A stretch of DNA of 63,561 bases, filler included, from Collodictyon triciliatum (GCA_043381765.1; 13 parts of 13 records of this genome joined end to end with filler, not necessarily neighbours in it); one strand, 5' to 3'; counted from the first letter of the whole stretch, positions 1-15,539 are shown. Numbers and translations: made by a program. Notes: generated from the letters alone by a model not told the origin.

Positions 1-2
1 CG

Positions 3-458
3 ATGAATGAGTTTAGAATTACAGGTGTGTTTGTTTGGAATGGTGGGACTCCTTACTGGGTTGTTATTGACAGAGGTGTTTATAAACAAAGAGCAACGAA
101 TACAAAATTCACGGGTGGTACTTTAACTATAGACAGAAACACACCGGAAGATGTATTATTAACGCGTGCGACTGCTACGACTGTTGATTTTAAAAATCTG
201 GTTACTTTTGGTGGGAGTCAAGAGGACTATGATGGATTTAATTTTTGGCTTTCTTTTACAAACGCGACAAGTACTGCTGTTAGTTTTACAAATAGCACTA
301 GTGTATCATTGTTGATAATAGGAAACAGCGGTGTCCAGACTATTACAGCTGGGAGCACAGCAAGTGTTGTTGCTGCAGGTCAAACAAGTACATGTTTAAG
401 GTGTGTTTTTCGGGATACTGCTCCGGGCGGGTTTGGATGGTTTGTATATGGTCGCTGA
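3..458 (+). CDS. C-terminal part of an intronless Thr/Ser/Gly-rich, beta-strand-type protein; possible viral fibre/structural protein
   Basis: Open frame from the contig edge, no introns, composition unlike the host genes, next ORF only 20 nt downstream. Family not recognised. Confidence 0.4.
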   Translation: MNEFRITGVFVWNGGTPYWVVIDRGVYKQRATNTKFTGGTLTIDRNTPEDVLLTRATATTVDFKNLVTFGGSQEDYDGFNFWLSFTNATSTAVSFTNSTSVSLLIIGNSGVQTITAGSTASVVAAGQTSTCLRCVFRDTAPGGFGWFVYGR

Positions 459-478
459 CTTTATTTCTTTTTTATTGT

Positions 479-667
479 ATGGACCCGGTGTTAATTGAAT
501 CGTTGATTATTAACTTGTGTTTGATTGCTGAGCGTGCGATGAAGTATTATTTAAAACACGTTCAAAAGTCATCGTGTTGTGGTAGCGTGATGGAAACACG
601 TGAGCCTAGTCCTGAGATTGAGCTTGAAAAAAATAAATATTTAAGAATGTATGGGCTGACCAACTAA
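479..667 (+). CDS. Small 62-aa hypothetical protein (MDPVLIESL...SSCCG...), probably viral
   Basis: ATG at 479; hydrophobic N-terminus followed by an SSCCG motif; compact intronless arrangement. Confidence 0.4.
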   Translation: MDPVLIESLIINLCLIAERAMKYYLKHVQKSSCCGSVMETREPSPEIELEKNKYLRMYGLTN

Positions 668-686
668 CTAAAAAAAAGAGTTGAAG

Positions 687-848
687 GCTGGCCCATTTTT
701 TTTATTTTTTGGCCCATAAATCCCAAAAAAAAATGGGTAAATCATAAACTCCGCGTAGGCGTTTTTTTTTACACCGAATTAAAATTCAACATAGGCAAAG
801 AAGTTTTTCAGGCATTTTTTTTGGGATTTTTGGGCCAGGTGGGCCAGC
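687..848. repeat. Imperfect inverted repeat (687-735 vs 813-848)
   Basis: tggcccataaatcccaaaaaaaaatg (710-735) pairs with cattttttttgggatttttgggcca (813-837); gctggccca (687-695) pairs with tgggccagc (840-848). Confidence 0.85.
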
Positions 849-1040
849 GCAAAGATACCGCTTATGGTATCAGCAATATGTTTCAATTATTTATATTTAA
901 TTTAAATTATTTATATTCCACATTTGGTATAGCCGTATATGGGAATAGAAGCGTCTAGACGTGTCTAGAAGGTACCGTGCTCTCCGTATATGGTATGAAA
1001 GACTGTGAATAGGGGTATAAATAGGTCGAGATAAATAAAG

Positions 1041-1082
1041 TGACATCATTTATATATTAATATTAATATATAAATGATGTCA
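1041..1082. repeat. Perfect 42-bp AT-rich palindrome
   Basis: tgacatcatttatatattaatattaatatataaatgatgtca equals its own reverse complement. Confidence 0.95.
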
Positions 1083-2010
1083 TTATTTTCTGTGAGCAAT
1101 AATTTGCTATAGGAAATGTTGGCTTTGGTTCGCTAGCCATTGTTCGCATTGACGCTACTTGGTGACCGGGTGGCGGAGAAGTAGTCGGTAATCAGGAATT
1201 GCATCCTGTGGTTTGGCCTGTAGCCTGGGTCTTGTGCTTGCATGAGAGATACAAGGCGAGGTTTAATCTCCTTCTCAGCTTCTTTCCACATGTCTCTCCT
1301 CATAGTGTCGGAGTAGTAGTGAACGCGCAGGTGGCGAGGGAAGCTATTGAGAAAAGAGATTTGTGTGATGTCATCCAGCCTGTTATCAGGAATGGGTGGC
1401 TGGTTGTTGAGTCTTGCTTTACGTGAGTATATGTGCGCTATCCACATAGTCCATAGCAAATGGCCTCGCGTCACTGCCCAGAATGTTTTTGCATCTGGAC
1501 GCAGCTGTTGCAGAGGCCCAAAATATCTCATGGATTGGACCAACAGCCGCAGCCGTCTTGAGTGTCAGCTGAAGAATCTCGCCGGCTGTTTTGTGCAGGT
1601 TTTGAGCCAAGGAACATTGCACAAATGTGTGCTCAATGGATTCATCACCGTTGCTGCAAAGTGTGCATTGTTGGGAGACTTTGCCAGCTTTTGCCGCACG
1701 TGTTCCCATCCATGGCTCCCTATTGGTGATAGTAAGCATTAGAGAGCGGTGATTTGGAAGGACTTGCGGGGTTCGTGCTTGTCCCCAACTCGCGGTGAGC
1801 GGGGTGTGGGTGATGCCCAGTGTTTCTCCCCGTCGTTGATGTTTTGACTTTTTGTAGGATGTTGGCGGCGATATTTTGTATCGAAAGAATTTGGGGTAGG
1901 CAATAGCCATCGAGAACTGAGTAGACTGCGCACCGTTAGACGAGCGCTCGTTCTTGAGGCGGAAGAAGAATGGCGACGGGATGTCGTATGAGATTGGTCT
2001 GCCTGAGCGC
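1083..2010 (-). mobile_element. 5'-truncated non-LTR retrotransposon, family A (L1/Tx1-like ORF2 C-terminus with zf-RVT-type zinc knuckle), frameshifted
   Basis: CTLCSNGDESIEHTFVQC motif (1419..1910 frame), then after a frameshift LLWTMWIAH...LITDYFS...NG* (stop at 1133). Related copies at 18404 and 39480. Confidence 0.8.
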
Positions 2011-2074
2011 CATTTTTACTTTGCTCTTCAAATTCTTTTCATTTTCATTCTTCCATTACTGACTTTATATTTTT

Positions 2075-2186
2075 ATACTAGAATGGGTATACCAATCTTT
2101 CGACTGGCAAACTTCGTCCGCTAGTATCCAAGGTCTCACCAATTTTTTCACTATGGTCGTGTAGAGGTGAAGACTGCCAGGAAAGA
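2075..2186 (-). ncRNA. Putative Fanzor omegaRNA scaffold
   Basis: Immediately 3' of the Fanzor ORF. Nested stems 2096-2109/2175-2186 and 2133-2140/2166-2174; 7-bp pseudoknot-type pairing 2075-2081/2121-2127. Confidence 0.5.
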
Positions 2187-2242
2187 CTCGACAGCCTTTT
2201 TTTAAAGAAAGGTGTATGCATTTTTTGAAGGGTTAAAAGAAC

Positions 2243-3020
2243 TTAGTTGAGTATATTTTTAGCGCTGTTAAAGTCCCTTGTCAAGAATGCACTTTGTTTG
2301 CTTTCTCGGCGATTGCATTATTTAGATAAGTGACATCTATACAACTTTTTTTGAATCACCTTTCAGTTGCACACTTCAGTTTTTTTTTTTTTCGCAGATG
2401 CATCATATCTTGGAGTTATAAATTTATTTACGCTAACTATTTCAAAACGTTTGAATAGTATTTTTCGTAAACCTCTTCCGATTGTTGCCATAAAATGTTT
2501 AATCGGACAATTTCTGCCCCAGTCTCCATACGCCAGTACAACATCCTCGCCAGATGTCTTTTCGATTCGGTCCATAAACAATTCTTCACTTCCTTTTGTA
2601 TTAACATACTGTCTCCATCTCATCTTTCGAAAAGTCACTTGCTTCGTAAAATCTGAATAATTCCATCTGGTATCTTGATTTCATAGGTACATATTTTCGA
2701 AATTTTTCATAATCGACCGTGCATGAATTATATTAATCCAGTTCTGTCTCTAAATCCATTAAAAGATACTGTTAATGTCTCAAATCGCTGATTCTCTTCA
2801 AAAGTCCTGAAACCAAAAGAAACAGGATTTTGTAAACCTGTTGTCATGCATATCCTGAATAATTGTACTTTTCTTTCTCGCGCAAGAGTATTTTGTGATA
2901 TATAATATATTTGCTATCATGTCTTCTTGGTGTGCCGCGTAACGTAATTTCTTACCTGTCTCATCCACCATATAAACCAAATTTAAACTTACCTGCGTCC
3001 ACTCCAACTATTTTTTGTCG
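2243..3020 (-). pseudogene. Fanzor1-type (TnpB-family) RNA-guided endonuclease, degraded
   Basis: Minus-strand fragments in the expected order: KIVGVDAGK (RuvC-I), NLVYMVDETGKKLRY, ETELD*YNSCTVDYEKF, FRKMRWRQYVN, VVLAYGDW, TIGRGLRK, VSVNKFIT (RuvC-II, E>K), eroded Cys motif, FLTRDFNSAKNI (RuvC-III). Several stops and frameshifts. Confidence 0.85.
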
Positions 3021-3042
3021 CTAATAAAGATAACAGCTCTTC

Positions 3043-3338
3043 ACAGCCTGCTGAAACACGCTCGCATTCTTCGCTACTCTGACCGCAAGCGAAGAGAGAT
3101 GTGGGAATGTGTCGTGCGATATCTCCCACAGCATATCCAACCCCTGCTACCCACACAACCAATCAAGCAGTTGGGTCGCCCTCCTGACCAGCTCGCTATC
3201 ACTGACTTCTTTCCAGTGCTACCCTCTCCACGGTAGTGTCTTCCCCTACTCGCGTTTGCTCTCTCCCCTGCGCTCCCATCCCGCCCCTTTGTATGGCATA
3301 ACCTTGCTACACTTTGAATCGAATAAAGGTAAAAAAAA
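3043..3338 (+). mobile_element. 5'-truncated non-LTR retrotransposon, family B (ORF2 C-terminus, 3'UTR, A-tail)
   Basis: Encodes ILRYSDRKRREMWECVV...LAITDFF, nearly identical to 18920-19247 (-). Ends ctttgaatcgaataaaggt(A)n. A second diverged tail lies at 3361-3385. Confidence 0.85.
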
Positions 3339-4521
3339 TAATCTAAAAACCCTTTCTTCCCTTGAATCTAATTAAGGGAAAAAAAGTATTTTGTGACCTT
3401 TTTATTTACCTATTATACTATTATATCATTCAAGGAGCTTCTTGGAAACATCAAAGCTCTTGAGTATATCGATTCTAATATTTGGTGTCATAATATCGTA
3501 ATAATTAGTGCCTTAATTGTATATTATGGTGCCATCATAATTGTTAAATTATTATCCACATATATACATGATGCAGACATAATTTCCAAAACGAAGGGAG
3601 CCACAGAAAACTCCACATATAGAAAATTGAATACTTTGGACTTTTCATGTGTGGCGAATTTCTTTCGCCACACCCACCACATATTCATAGAAAATAAAGA
3701 AACTATCACCTAATGCGGATTATTTTTTTACCCTGAAATCAATTGGCCTTGTAGTAAAAAGAGAATCGGCCAAACCATTAAATTTTCTCTTTCAAGAATA
3801 ACAAATATGTAGAAAATTTCCTAATAAATGAAATATGAAAGAATGATTCATTCGCACTCAAGTTATTCTGTCACCAAGGTCTGGAGGTTTTTTTTTTCTA
3901 GTCCATGCCTCCCAGCTCCCTCACAAGAGAACAAAAGGAAGTTTTCTCAGCCGGGGCAATTTCGTCTTGTTCGCCTTGGAGAATATATATAGCCCCCAGG
4001 AAGAGATTTCCTCCACAATTATTTAAAATTTCAAAATCGGGGTCGAAGAGCACGTAATATATGTTGGTTCGTATAAGACGCCAAGCGCGCCTCTCTTGGA
4101 CTATTATTTGGGCTATTTAAAATATAATCAATAGGCAGAATATGGCAATGAAAACCAATGAGTGGGAGAGAAACAAAGGCCTCGGGCCAAAGGATGGGGA
4201 GGGAGAGGAGTGGACACAAAGACACGCAACAAAAAGGGTTTGTGGCGTAACTTGGGGGACAAGGTGCCGAGGGGCGGGGCTTGGTGGTTATAACCCCTGC
4301 TCTCATTCATGCTTTGTCCTATACTTGTGCAAGCTACATTTCGATCATTCCCAAGACGCGACACAAAAACTCCCCCGTCCCTATTGAAAAAAGAGAAAAT
4401 AGTGAAGAGAGAGAGGGAGAGAGATGGGACAGCCGCAAGAGGACGAACCTTTGCAAGACAAATGGTGGCACTAATAAACACCGCAGTGTGCAGCCCCTTC
4501 CTTAGACCCACTCCAACCAGC

Positions 4522-4680
4522 CACAAACACAAACACAAACACAAACACAAAGACAAACACAAAGACAAACACAAACACAAACACAAAGACAAAGACAAAG
4601 ACAAAGACAAAGACAAAGACAAAGACAAAGACAAAGACAAAGACAAAGACAAAGACAAAGACAAAGACAAAGACAAAGAC
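4522..4680. repeat. (CACAAA)n/(GACAAA)n microsatellite at contig end
   Basis: Direct inspection. Confidence 0.95.
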
Positions 4681-4780
4681 NNNNNNNNNNNNNNNNNNNN
4701 NNNNNNNNNNNNNNNNNNNNNNNNTTAATTAATTAANNNNNNNNNNNNNNNNNNNNNNNNNNNNNNNNNNNNNNNNNNNN
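4681..4780. other. Artificial contig spacer (N44-TTAATTAATTAA-N44); also at 9458, 15846, 20623, 25398, 30173, 34948, 39720, 44491, 49260, 54028, 58795; internal N gap at 11149-11169
   Basis: Identical 100-nt linker with stops in all six frames; contigs are ordered by decreasing length (~4.68 to ~4.67 kb). Confidence 0.98.
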
Positions 4781-5131
4781 AATCATAACAAATACACAAA
4801 AAAGTGACATCTCCTATTTCCGGTCGCACCAAGGAATCAGCAAACACGAGTCTTTCTTTGCACCCCATCTCTTGTGTGCTGCGGTGCGATGTCATAATAA
4901 AGCTCTTGGCATGTACTATGCGAATATACATTCTGTTGCGATGCAATATGAGGGACATGCACAAGCGTGCGGTTCGACGCACTTGCGATTGCTCTTTGCT
5001 TTATTGTTGGAGAATGGGTGAAGGCTACCCATGAAGATTATAGGCCTGGTGGGATGCCTGTCTTTTTTTTCTTTTTTTTTTGGAGGGTTCTTTCTTTTCT
5101 TTGTGTGTAAATGCGTCCGTCTGCGCTTTTC

Positions 5132-9340
<4,209 letters not shown>

Positions 9341-10771
9341 TGAATGAGTCAATGTATGTATGTATGTATGTATGTATGTATGTATGTATGTATGTATGTA
9401 TGTATGTATGTATGTATGTATGTATGTATGTATGTATGTATGTATGTATGTATGTATNNNNNNNNNNNNNNNNNNNNNNNNNNNNNNNNNNNNNNNNNNN
9501 NTTAATTAATTAANNNNNNNNNNNNNNNNNNNNNNNNNNNNNNNNNNNNNNNNNNNNTCTTTTTTTTTTTTTTTTTTTTTTTTTTTCTTTTTTCTTTTTT
9601 CTTTTTTCTTTTTTCTTTTTTCTTTTTTCTTTTTTTTCCTTTTTCCTTTTTCCTTTTTTCTGAAGGAATGAAGGAATGAAGGAATGAAGGAATAAGGAAT
9701 GAAGGAAGGATCCACCGGAGGCTATGTGTTTTAAAAATAAAACGGAGATGCCAGCAACCACCCTTTGGTTGGTCTGAATGCTGCCCTTCTCTCGGCAGAA
9801 GCAGACAACGCGGTGCATTTCTTTCGCCATAGCCCCCTTTCTCTTGTCTTTCCTCTTTTTTAGTTGCCTGCTTTGAACGTGCCACTGTTCCTTTTATTTT
9901 CTTATACATGGCTAGTGTGACACAATCATCACCAGTGCGTTCGCAAACACCACTCGTGCCATATGGTTTGCCCGTGGGTTTTGACAGGTTGTTGGAGCGA
10001 AACCCCGATTCGTGCGTAGAAGCTTCCCTATTTTTCATTGAGATCAATTTTCCCAACAGTCTTACCGCATAAGGAAAAGAAAAATCGCACTGGCCTAATT
10101 AACGCGTTTTCGGTCCTGATCGGTTGCGTTTGTGTGGCTGTGTGGGACGCCCTTAGTAATTTAACTCTCCCTTTTTCCTGGAATTAACCCTACATTAGTC
10201 AATTACACATGAATCGAGAAACAAATAAGTTGCAGGAATACCTGATGCGCAGCTGAACATGGTGATTTATGAGCAATTACATACATTAACATTATTTCAT
10301 ATTAAATTGTGAGATATTTTATCCAATTTTACTGATAATGGATTCAAAAATGGTAATTATACATAAATTCCACATTAAAAACCGTTGAAAACGGCCATCA
10401 TTTGATCATCGTTGCCCTCGATTTGATCCTGGTCGGTTGGAGTTCACGATCCAGGATATTTCCTTCCGCAACACACAAGCCGGCAATAGTTGAGTCGCAG
10501 TCTGCCAAGTTGCGGACAACCCGGGATTTCTACGAGTTCATGCTTAACTGCTTCCTTTTTCCCCCCTTTTCTCTTCTTCTTCCCTTCTTCTTCCCTTCTT
10601 CTTCCCTTCTTTTTCCCTTCTTTTTCCCTTCTTTTTCCCTACTTTTCCCCTTTTTTTCCTTCTTTTTTTTGATGCTACCGTGCTAATTTGAAAACAGCAG
10701 CGCAAGAACCACAGTGCTTTTGTCCCACACTCCTTAACGCAAGGCATAGTTGCGGTGAAAGAGGCGTGCAA

Positions 10772-13700
10772 ATGAGCGGGCGTGTGAAGCTTCCGGTGGC
10801 CGAGTGGCTTTGTGAGTTGGGCTTTATCGATCAAGTGTTTGATTTGGATGCCGAGCACAACACGGTTGCCTTCGATCGCAGCGACCTTGAACTCCTGGCC
10901 AACGGCATTCTGGTGGCAAAGTCGGCGGAAAAGGTGTTTTCTGTCACAAAGAAAACAGACAAGAAGATCGATCTTGTGGTGGGGAGCAATTCACAGTCGA
11001 CCAGAAAGTATTCATTCTTTTCTTTTCTCTTTCTCTTTCTCTTTCTCTTTCTCTTTCTCTTTCTCTTTCTCTTTCTCTTTCTCTTTCTCTTTCTCTTTCT
11101 CTTTCTCTTTCTCTTTCTCTTTCTCTTTCTCTTTCTCTTTCTCTTCTANNNNNNNNNNNNNNNNNNNNNTTTCTTTTCTTTTCTTTTCTTTTCTTTTCTT
11201 TTCTTTTCTTTTCTTTTCTTTTCTTTTCTTTTCTTTTCTTTTCTTTTCTTTTCTTTTCTTTTCTATTCTTTTCTTTTCTTTCTCTTTCTCTTTCTCTTTC
11301 TCTTTCTCATCTTACTCATCTCATCTTTCTGTGTGTCTGTTGCTTTCCCTGCAATATAACCCATTTAACTATGTCTGTCTCAATGACTTTTGCTGAACAC
11401 CGATTTTTTATTACAAAAAACTTACCCGCTTTATTCAAGCTTTAATTGGAACCTTCTGGCTAAGGAGGTAAAAGCGCTTGGAATTAGCATCCCTGATGAA
11501 GTGAAATCCTTGTTGAAATCAGGAGGTTCGCTACCGTTTTTCTCGCTGTTTTGGCCCTTCATAGTCATAAGAATAACTATTATAAATCGGTACTTTATGT
11601 GCTTATAAACCCGTACTGTTGTATAATTTATGAGATCTGCAAATAGGCTTGTTGTGTAGAGTTTGCTGATTAATAATTTCTTATCATAATCTTACTATGA
11701 ATCTTTTAAAAAAAGATGTCGATGTTGCTATCGATATCATCCATCAATTATTTGAGGTGCAGGAAAAATACTACGCGTCAGTTAAGGGTATGATAATAGT
11801 TACGGATATATTGGATGTGGGAAATATATACAAATGCATGAATTTTGTTTGAAATTGTAACGAAAATAAACGCAAAATCAGCCGAGAAGGCCCTCCGAAA
11901 AGAAAGGAAGTCGAAGTCGACAGTGAATGGGAATGTTGAAAAAGAATCAGGGACAGAACCCTACATCAACCATGTCAATGTTACGAGAGAAGGTATCAAT
12001 GAATTGGAAACTAACTTAGCCCCAATAACCGATGCCCGTCTAGAATTGAAGGAGATATCCCAAGCACCAAAAGATGCTAATAATCTTCCTTACAACAAAC
12101 AAGCACAAAAATATGGTTATTTTATTTTCATGACACTAGTAAAAGAAAACATTCCTGAGCGACTGAATTTATGTGGTGATGAATGTCACATGCCACTCAA
12201 GAAAGTCTTTGACAAACAAACATTTCCTCTAAAATAGAAAAAGGAGATGAGTTTGGTACAGAGTTATACAGAGCTCAACATATATCAGAATCACACAATC
12301 CTATCGAATTTTTTATGTTCATAGCGAGTGATATCCTTGGAATAAGGCTTCAGCAAGTACGCCGCACTATTTAAAATTTGATGCGAAAAAAGAACTTTTC
12401 CTTTCCATTCTACACTATCTCTATAGTAAAAATTCGATTATAGTTTGAAACCTTATATGCATTTTTTTTTCACAGTCTTATGCCCTGGTGACGACAAACC
12501 AGTCAAGGTTGAAAGACTTGCTCGTCGATGGGTTCCGTGATGACTTTACTGATTCTATTCGTCTATTACAGGATGTATTGGCCAAGGTATGAATCAAAGC
12601 AAACGTTTTATACTCACACTACCTCCTTTTTACATATTTGCTTAATGAAGTGATTGACTGGTGTCGTTTATCCAGATGGTGTTATTGGTCCGCGTTGTTG
12701 ATGAATCTGAATCTCCATCAAAAAGCTTTCTGTACATAATTTCTCTCATATCTTGCGGATTACATTCCCAAAGCGCGGATGTATGTGTCATCACTGGGCG
12801 CATACTGGGAAAACTGTGTCAAATGACGAAGGACCCGACTGTGGCAGAGGCTGGTTGGCAATGGTATAATCCTATAATAATAATAATAATAATAATCACA
12901 TACTAGTAAAATTTTGCATGGCTTTACCCATTTGTACTTACGATGAAATAAGGGAAAATAGACATTAATTACAATATAGATAACATAACAAATGCAGCAA
13001 TGCGAACTCTCTAATTTTTCACATCTTATATAATACATAAATTCGATGCTATAGGTTTGAGAACGAAGGTTATCGCCATGTTGTGCAGTCATACAATAAG
13101 AATCCACAAGCGGTATCCGTTATGCTCCCGATGATTGATGGTCTCTGTCGACGGCATTACAAAGTATTTTGTTTTACGAATCAGTATTTATGTCTGGGCT
13201 ATTTATTCGATTGAGTTATGCAAATATTCACAAAAAAAAATACAGAAATTCTTTGGAAAAATTTTGGCCACAGAAATGAGCGCCCTGGATTATCTGTGCA
13301 TTTGCCATGATATAATCGTATGCTATATTTGGACTATATAAACTCTAATTTTTTTTAATAAAAAATGTTGATATTATGACTAAACTTTGGCATCAACAAA
13401 GCCTGTACTTGTGAGTCAATATAGTGCCGCAGATGCATTTTTGACATCAGGGACTGTCGCTTCATTGATTGAGTCCTGTTTTCAACATTTAAGTAAATGA
13501 AGGGAACTTTATTTACCAAACAATAATTAATTATCATTAATTTTTTTTAACTATTCATGGTTTGAATGTGCCCAAATTAATGCTTGAGATAATCTCGAAA
13601 GCCCCTTTTTCTCAAATATTTTAATGTCTTGTAGAAGCTGACCAAAATGAGGACGAAAGACTTGCATCACTAACTCTAGTTACAGTGCTTTGGATTGAGT

Positions 13701-15505
13701 TCCAACCTTTTGTGGAAACTAGGAGTCTAGGAAAGAAGATCTTATCATCACTCAGAAAGGTGAATATCTTACTCTTAAAATGCAGAACAATTTGCATCCT
13801 TTAGAATTATAATTTTTAAATTAAATGGATAATTTTTTTCCTTTATTCGATTCAAAGAATAAAATGTACAGAGTTATTCATCGCTCAAAGATTCTCACAC
13901 TCATTTTTGCATACTAATTTTTTTTTATTTCATCTATACCAAGGGTTGCCGCAGTTCCTCTTTAAACTCACAGATAGTCTCACTTGGCTGCCTGTTTGAA
14001 CTTTTAGGAGCTCTGTCGGTTACAAAGGTTCGTAAATCCCATCTAGCTAATTTTTTTCTTTTTTTTTGCTGTGTTCACGAAATATAATTACCGATGATAT
14101 CATTTTCTTAATCTAAATATTTATGTAACACTCAGGACACATTCTGCCCAATCATTTACAAATCGATTATATTTTCATTGATTGAAACTCAACCTGGAGA
14201 TACTGTGAGACAATACATTTTGAGGTAGACCATTTACATTCTGTTCTATCATGTGGATATGGCTGTTTACTATATGGGATTTGGTGTAATTCATCTTCCC
14301 TATTTTTTCTTCTAAAAAATAAAATAAAAAACCCAGCAATATCCAGCTTTTGATTGATTCAATTCAAGATTTGCCAGTAGGATTTCTCGTTGAGCCTTTA
14401 GTCAAGTAAATTTTTATTCTCCCCGAAAAAAAAGAAACTCGACATCATGAAGAGGACATTTCGTACTTAAGTTGATGGATTTACGTTTTTTTTTTTTGAT
14501 TTTTTATTTATTTATTGGAAAGAGATTTTCGCAAGTTGTTTGAAAGCTAAGAAAGTTATATTTTCTCAATTTTGGACAAAAAAGACAAGTCGCATTGCAA
14601 GGCTACGACAACTCGGAATTTGATTTATTCATCTCAATATCGAGGCATCCCACTCTCAGTAACTATATTCTCATGGAATAATTATAGATTGTTACGAGAA
14701 GAAAGCAGCGTGTTTACTATAAATAAATATATTACATCCTTTCTAGTATCGAATTTAAACAATGGACACCTAGATGCAAGACTGGCCACGCAGTTAATTG
14801 ACTTTTTCAGCAAGATTGCTGTCAACGATGCTCTTTACGGAAGACTGGCTACTGTCCCGATGCTAGTTATCGTGAACAGATACTTGAATAACGTATGAAA
14901 TTTGCACTTGAACTTTTTCAAAGTCTGTTTTATTTTTGAATTCTGAATTCGAAATCATTTGGGAAGAGTTCACTTCTAGTATAGTAGATTTCTGCAAAAC
15001 AGGGCTCACTTTACTATTCAAGGTGGAGGAAATGAGAGGAAATATGATTGAGGGAAACTCAGGTACATAAACAAACAAACAAACAAACAAACAAACAAAC
15101 AAACAAACAAACAAACAAACTGAATACCCACAAAAGTTAAATATCGGAATACATTCAAAACCTTTTCACATGCCCAAGCAACTAAATTCAATAAAGATGT
15201 TGAGCCAGAACAAGTCATGGACAGCTATCACGTTCGAAAAACACTTATACTTGAGTGTCTTGCCAAGATAGTCACAATTCGAAACGTACAGATAACTTCT
15301 TTTTTTTTAAATAGCTATCTAAGTTCCTTATAATCGTGAGAATTCAGTGAATCATATCTCTTATACTTTGTTGTAGGATAACCTTAATAGGCTATTACAT
15401 CCTTTATTCACAGCGACCCAAGTTGCCTTCCAAGAAGCCTTTGATGACGAATCAACACCAATAGACCCACTAGTCCGATTCTTTATACAGGTTGCAGATT
15501 TGTGA
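10772..15505 (+). CDS. Multi-exon hypothetical protein, N-terminal calponin-homology-like region followed by helical/ARM-like sequence (may continue past the contig)
   Basis: Exons encoding LLANGILVAK...FNWNLLAKEVKALGISI...DIIHQLFE resemble a CH-type fold; many short GT-AG exons through 15505. Confidence 0.55.
13833..13857 (-). mobile_element. Family B LINE 3'-tail micro-insertion (intronic)
   Basis: tttttttcctttattcgattcaaag matches the family B terminus; TSD is only degenerate. Confidence 0.65.
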
Positions 15506-15510
15506 TATCT

Positions 15511-15539
15511 ATTTTTTCCCCTTATTCGATTCAAGGCAC
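15511..15539 (-). mobile_element. Family B LINE 3'-tail micro-insertion, 29 bp, 11-bp TSD
   Basis: ttgtgatatct at 15500-15510 and 15540-15550 flanks attttttccccttattcgattcaaggcac. Confidence 0.8.

Noticed and set aside
3649-3673. 10-bp stem hairpin gtgtggcgaa/ttcgccacac as a terminator or Helitron end
   Set aside because: Isolated, no nearby CTAG end, no second copy in the window.
3900-4520. GC-richer segment as an LTR or element 5' end
   Set aside because: No second copy, primer-binding site or coding motif in the window.
4128-4728. Low-complexity ORFs (SLSL, KDKD, poly-N/Y/F/K/I/L here and elsewhere)
   Set aside because: Translations of microsatellites.
4681-4780. Recurring TTAATTAATTAA within N runs as a biological motif
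   Set aside because: Artificial six-frame-stop linker; adjacency across spacers has no biological meaning.
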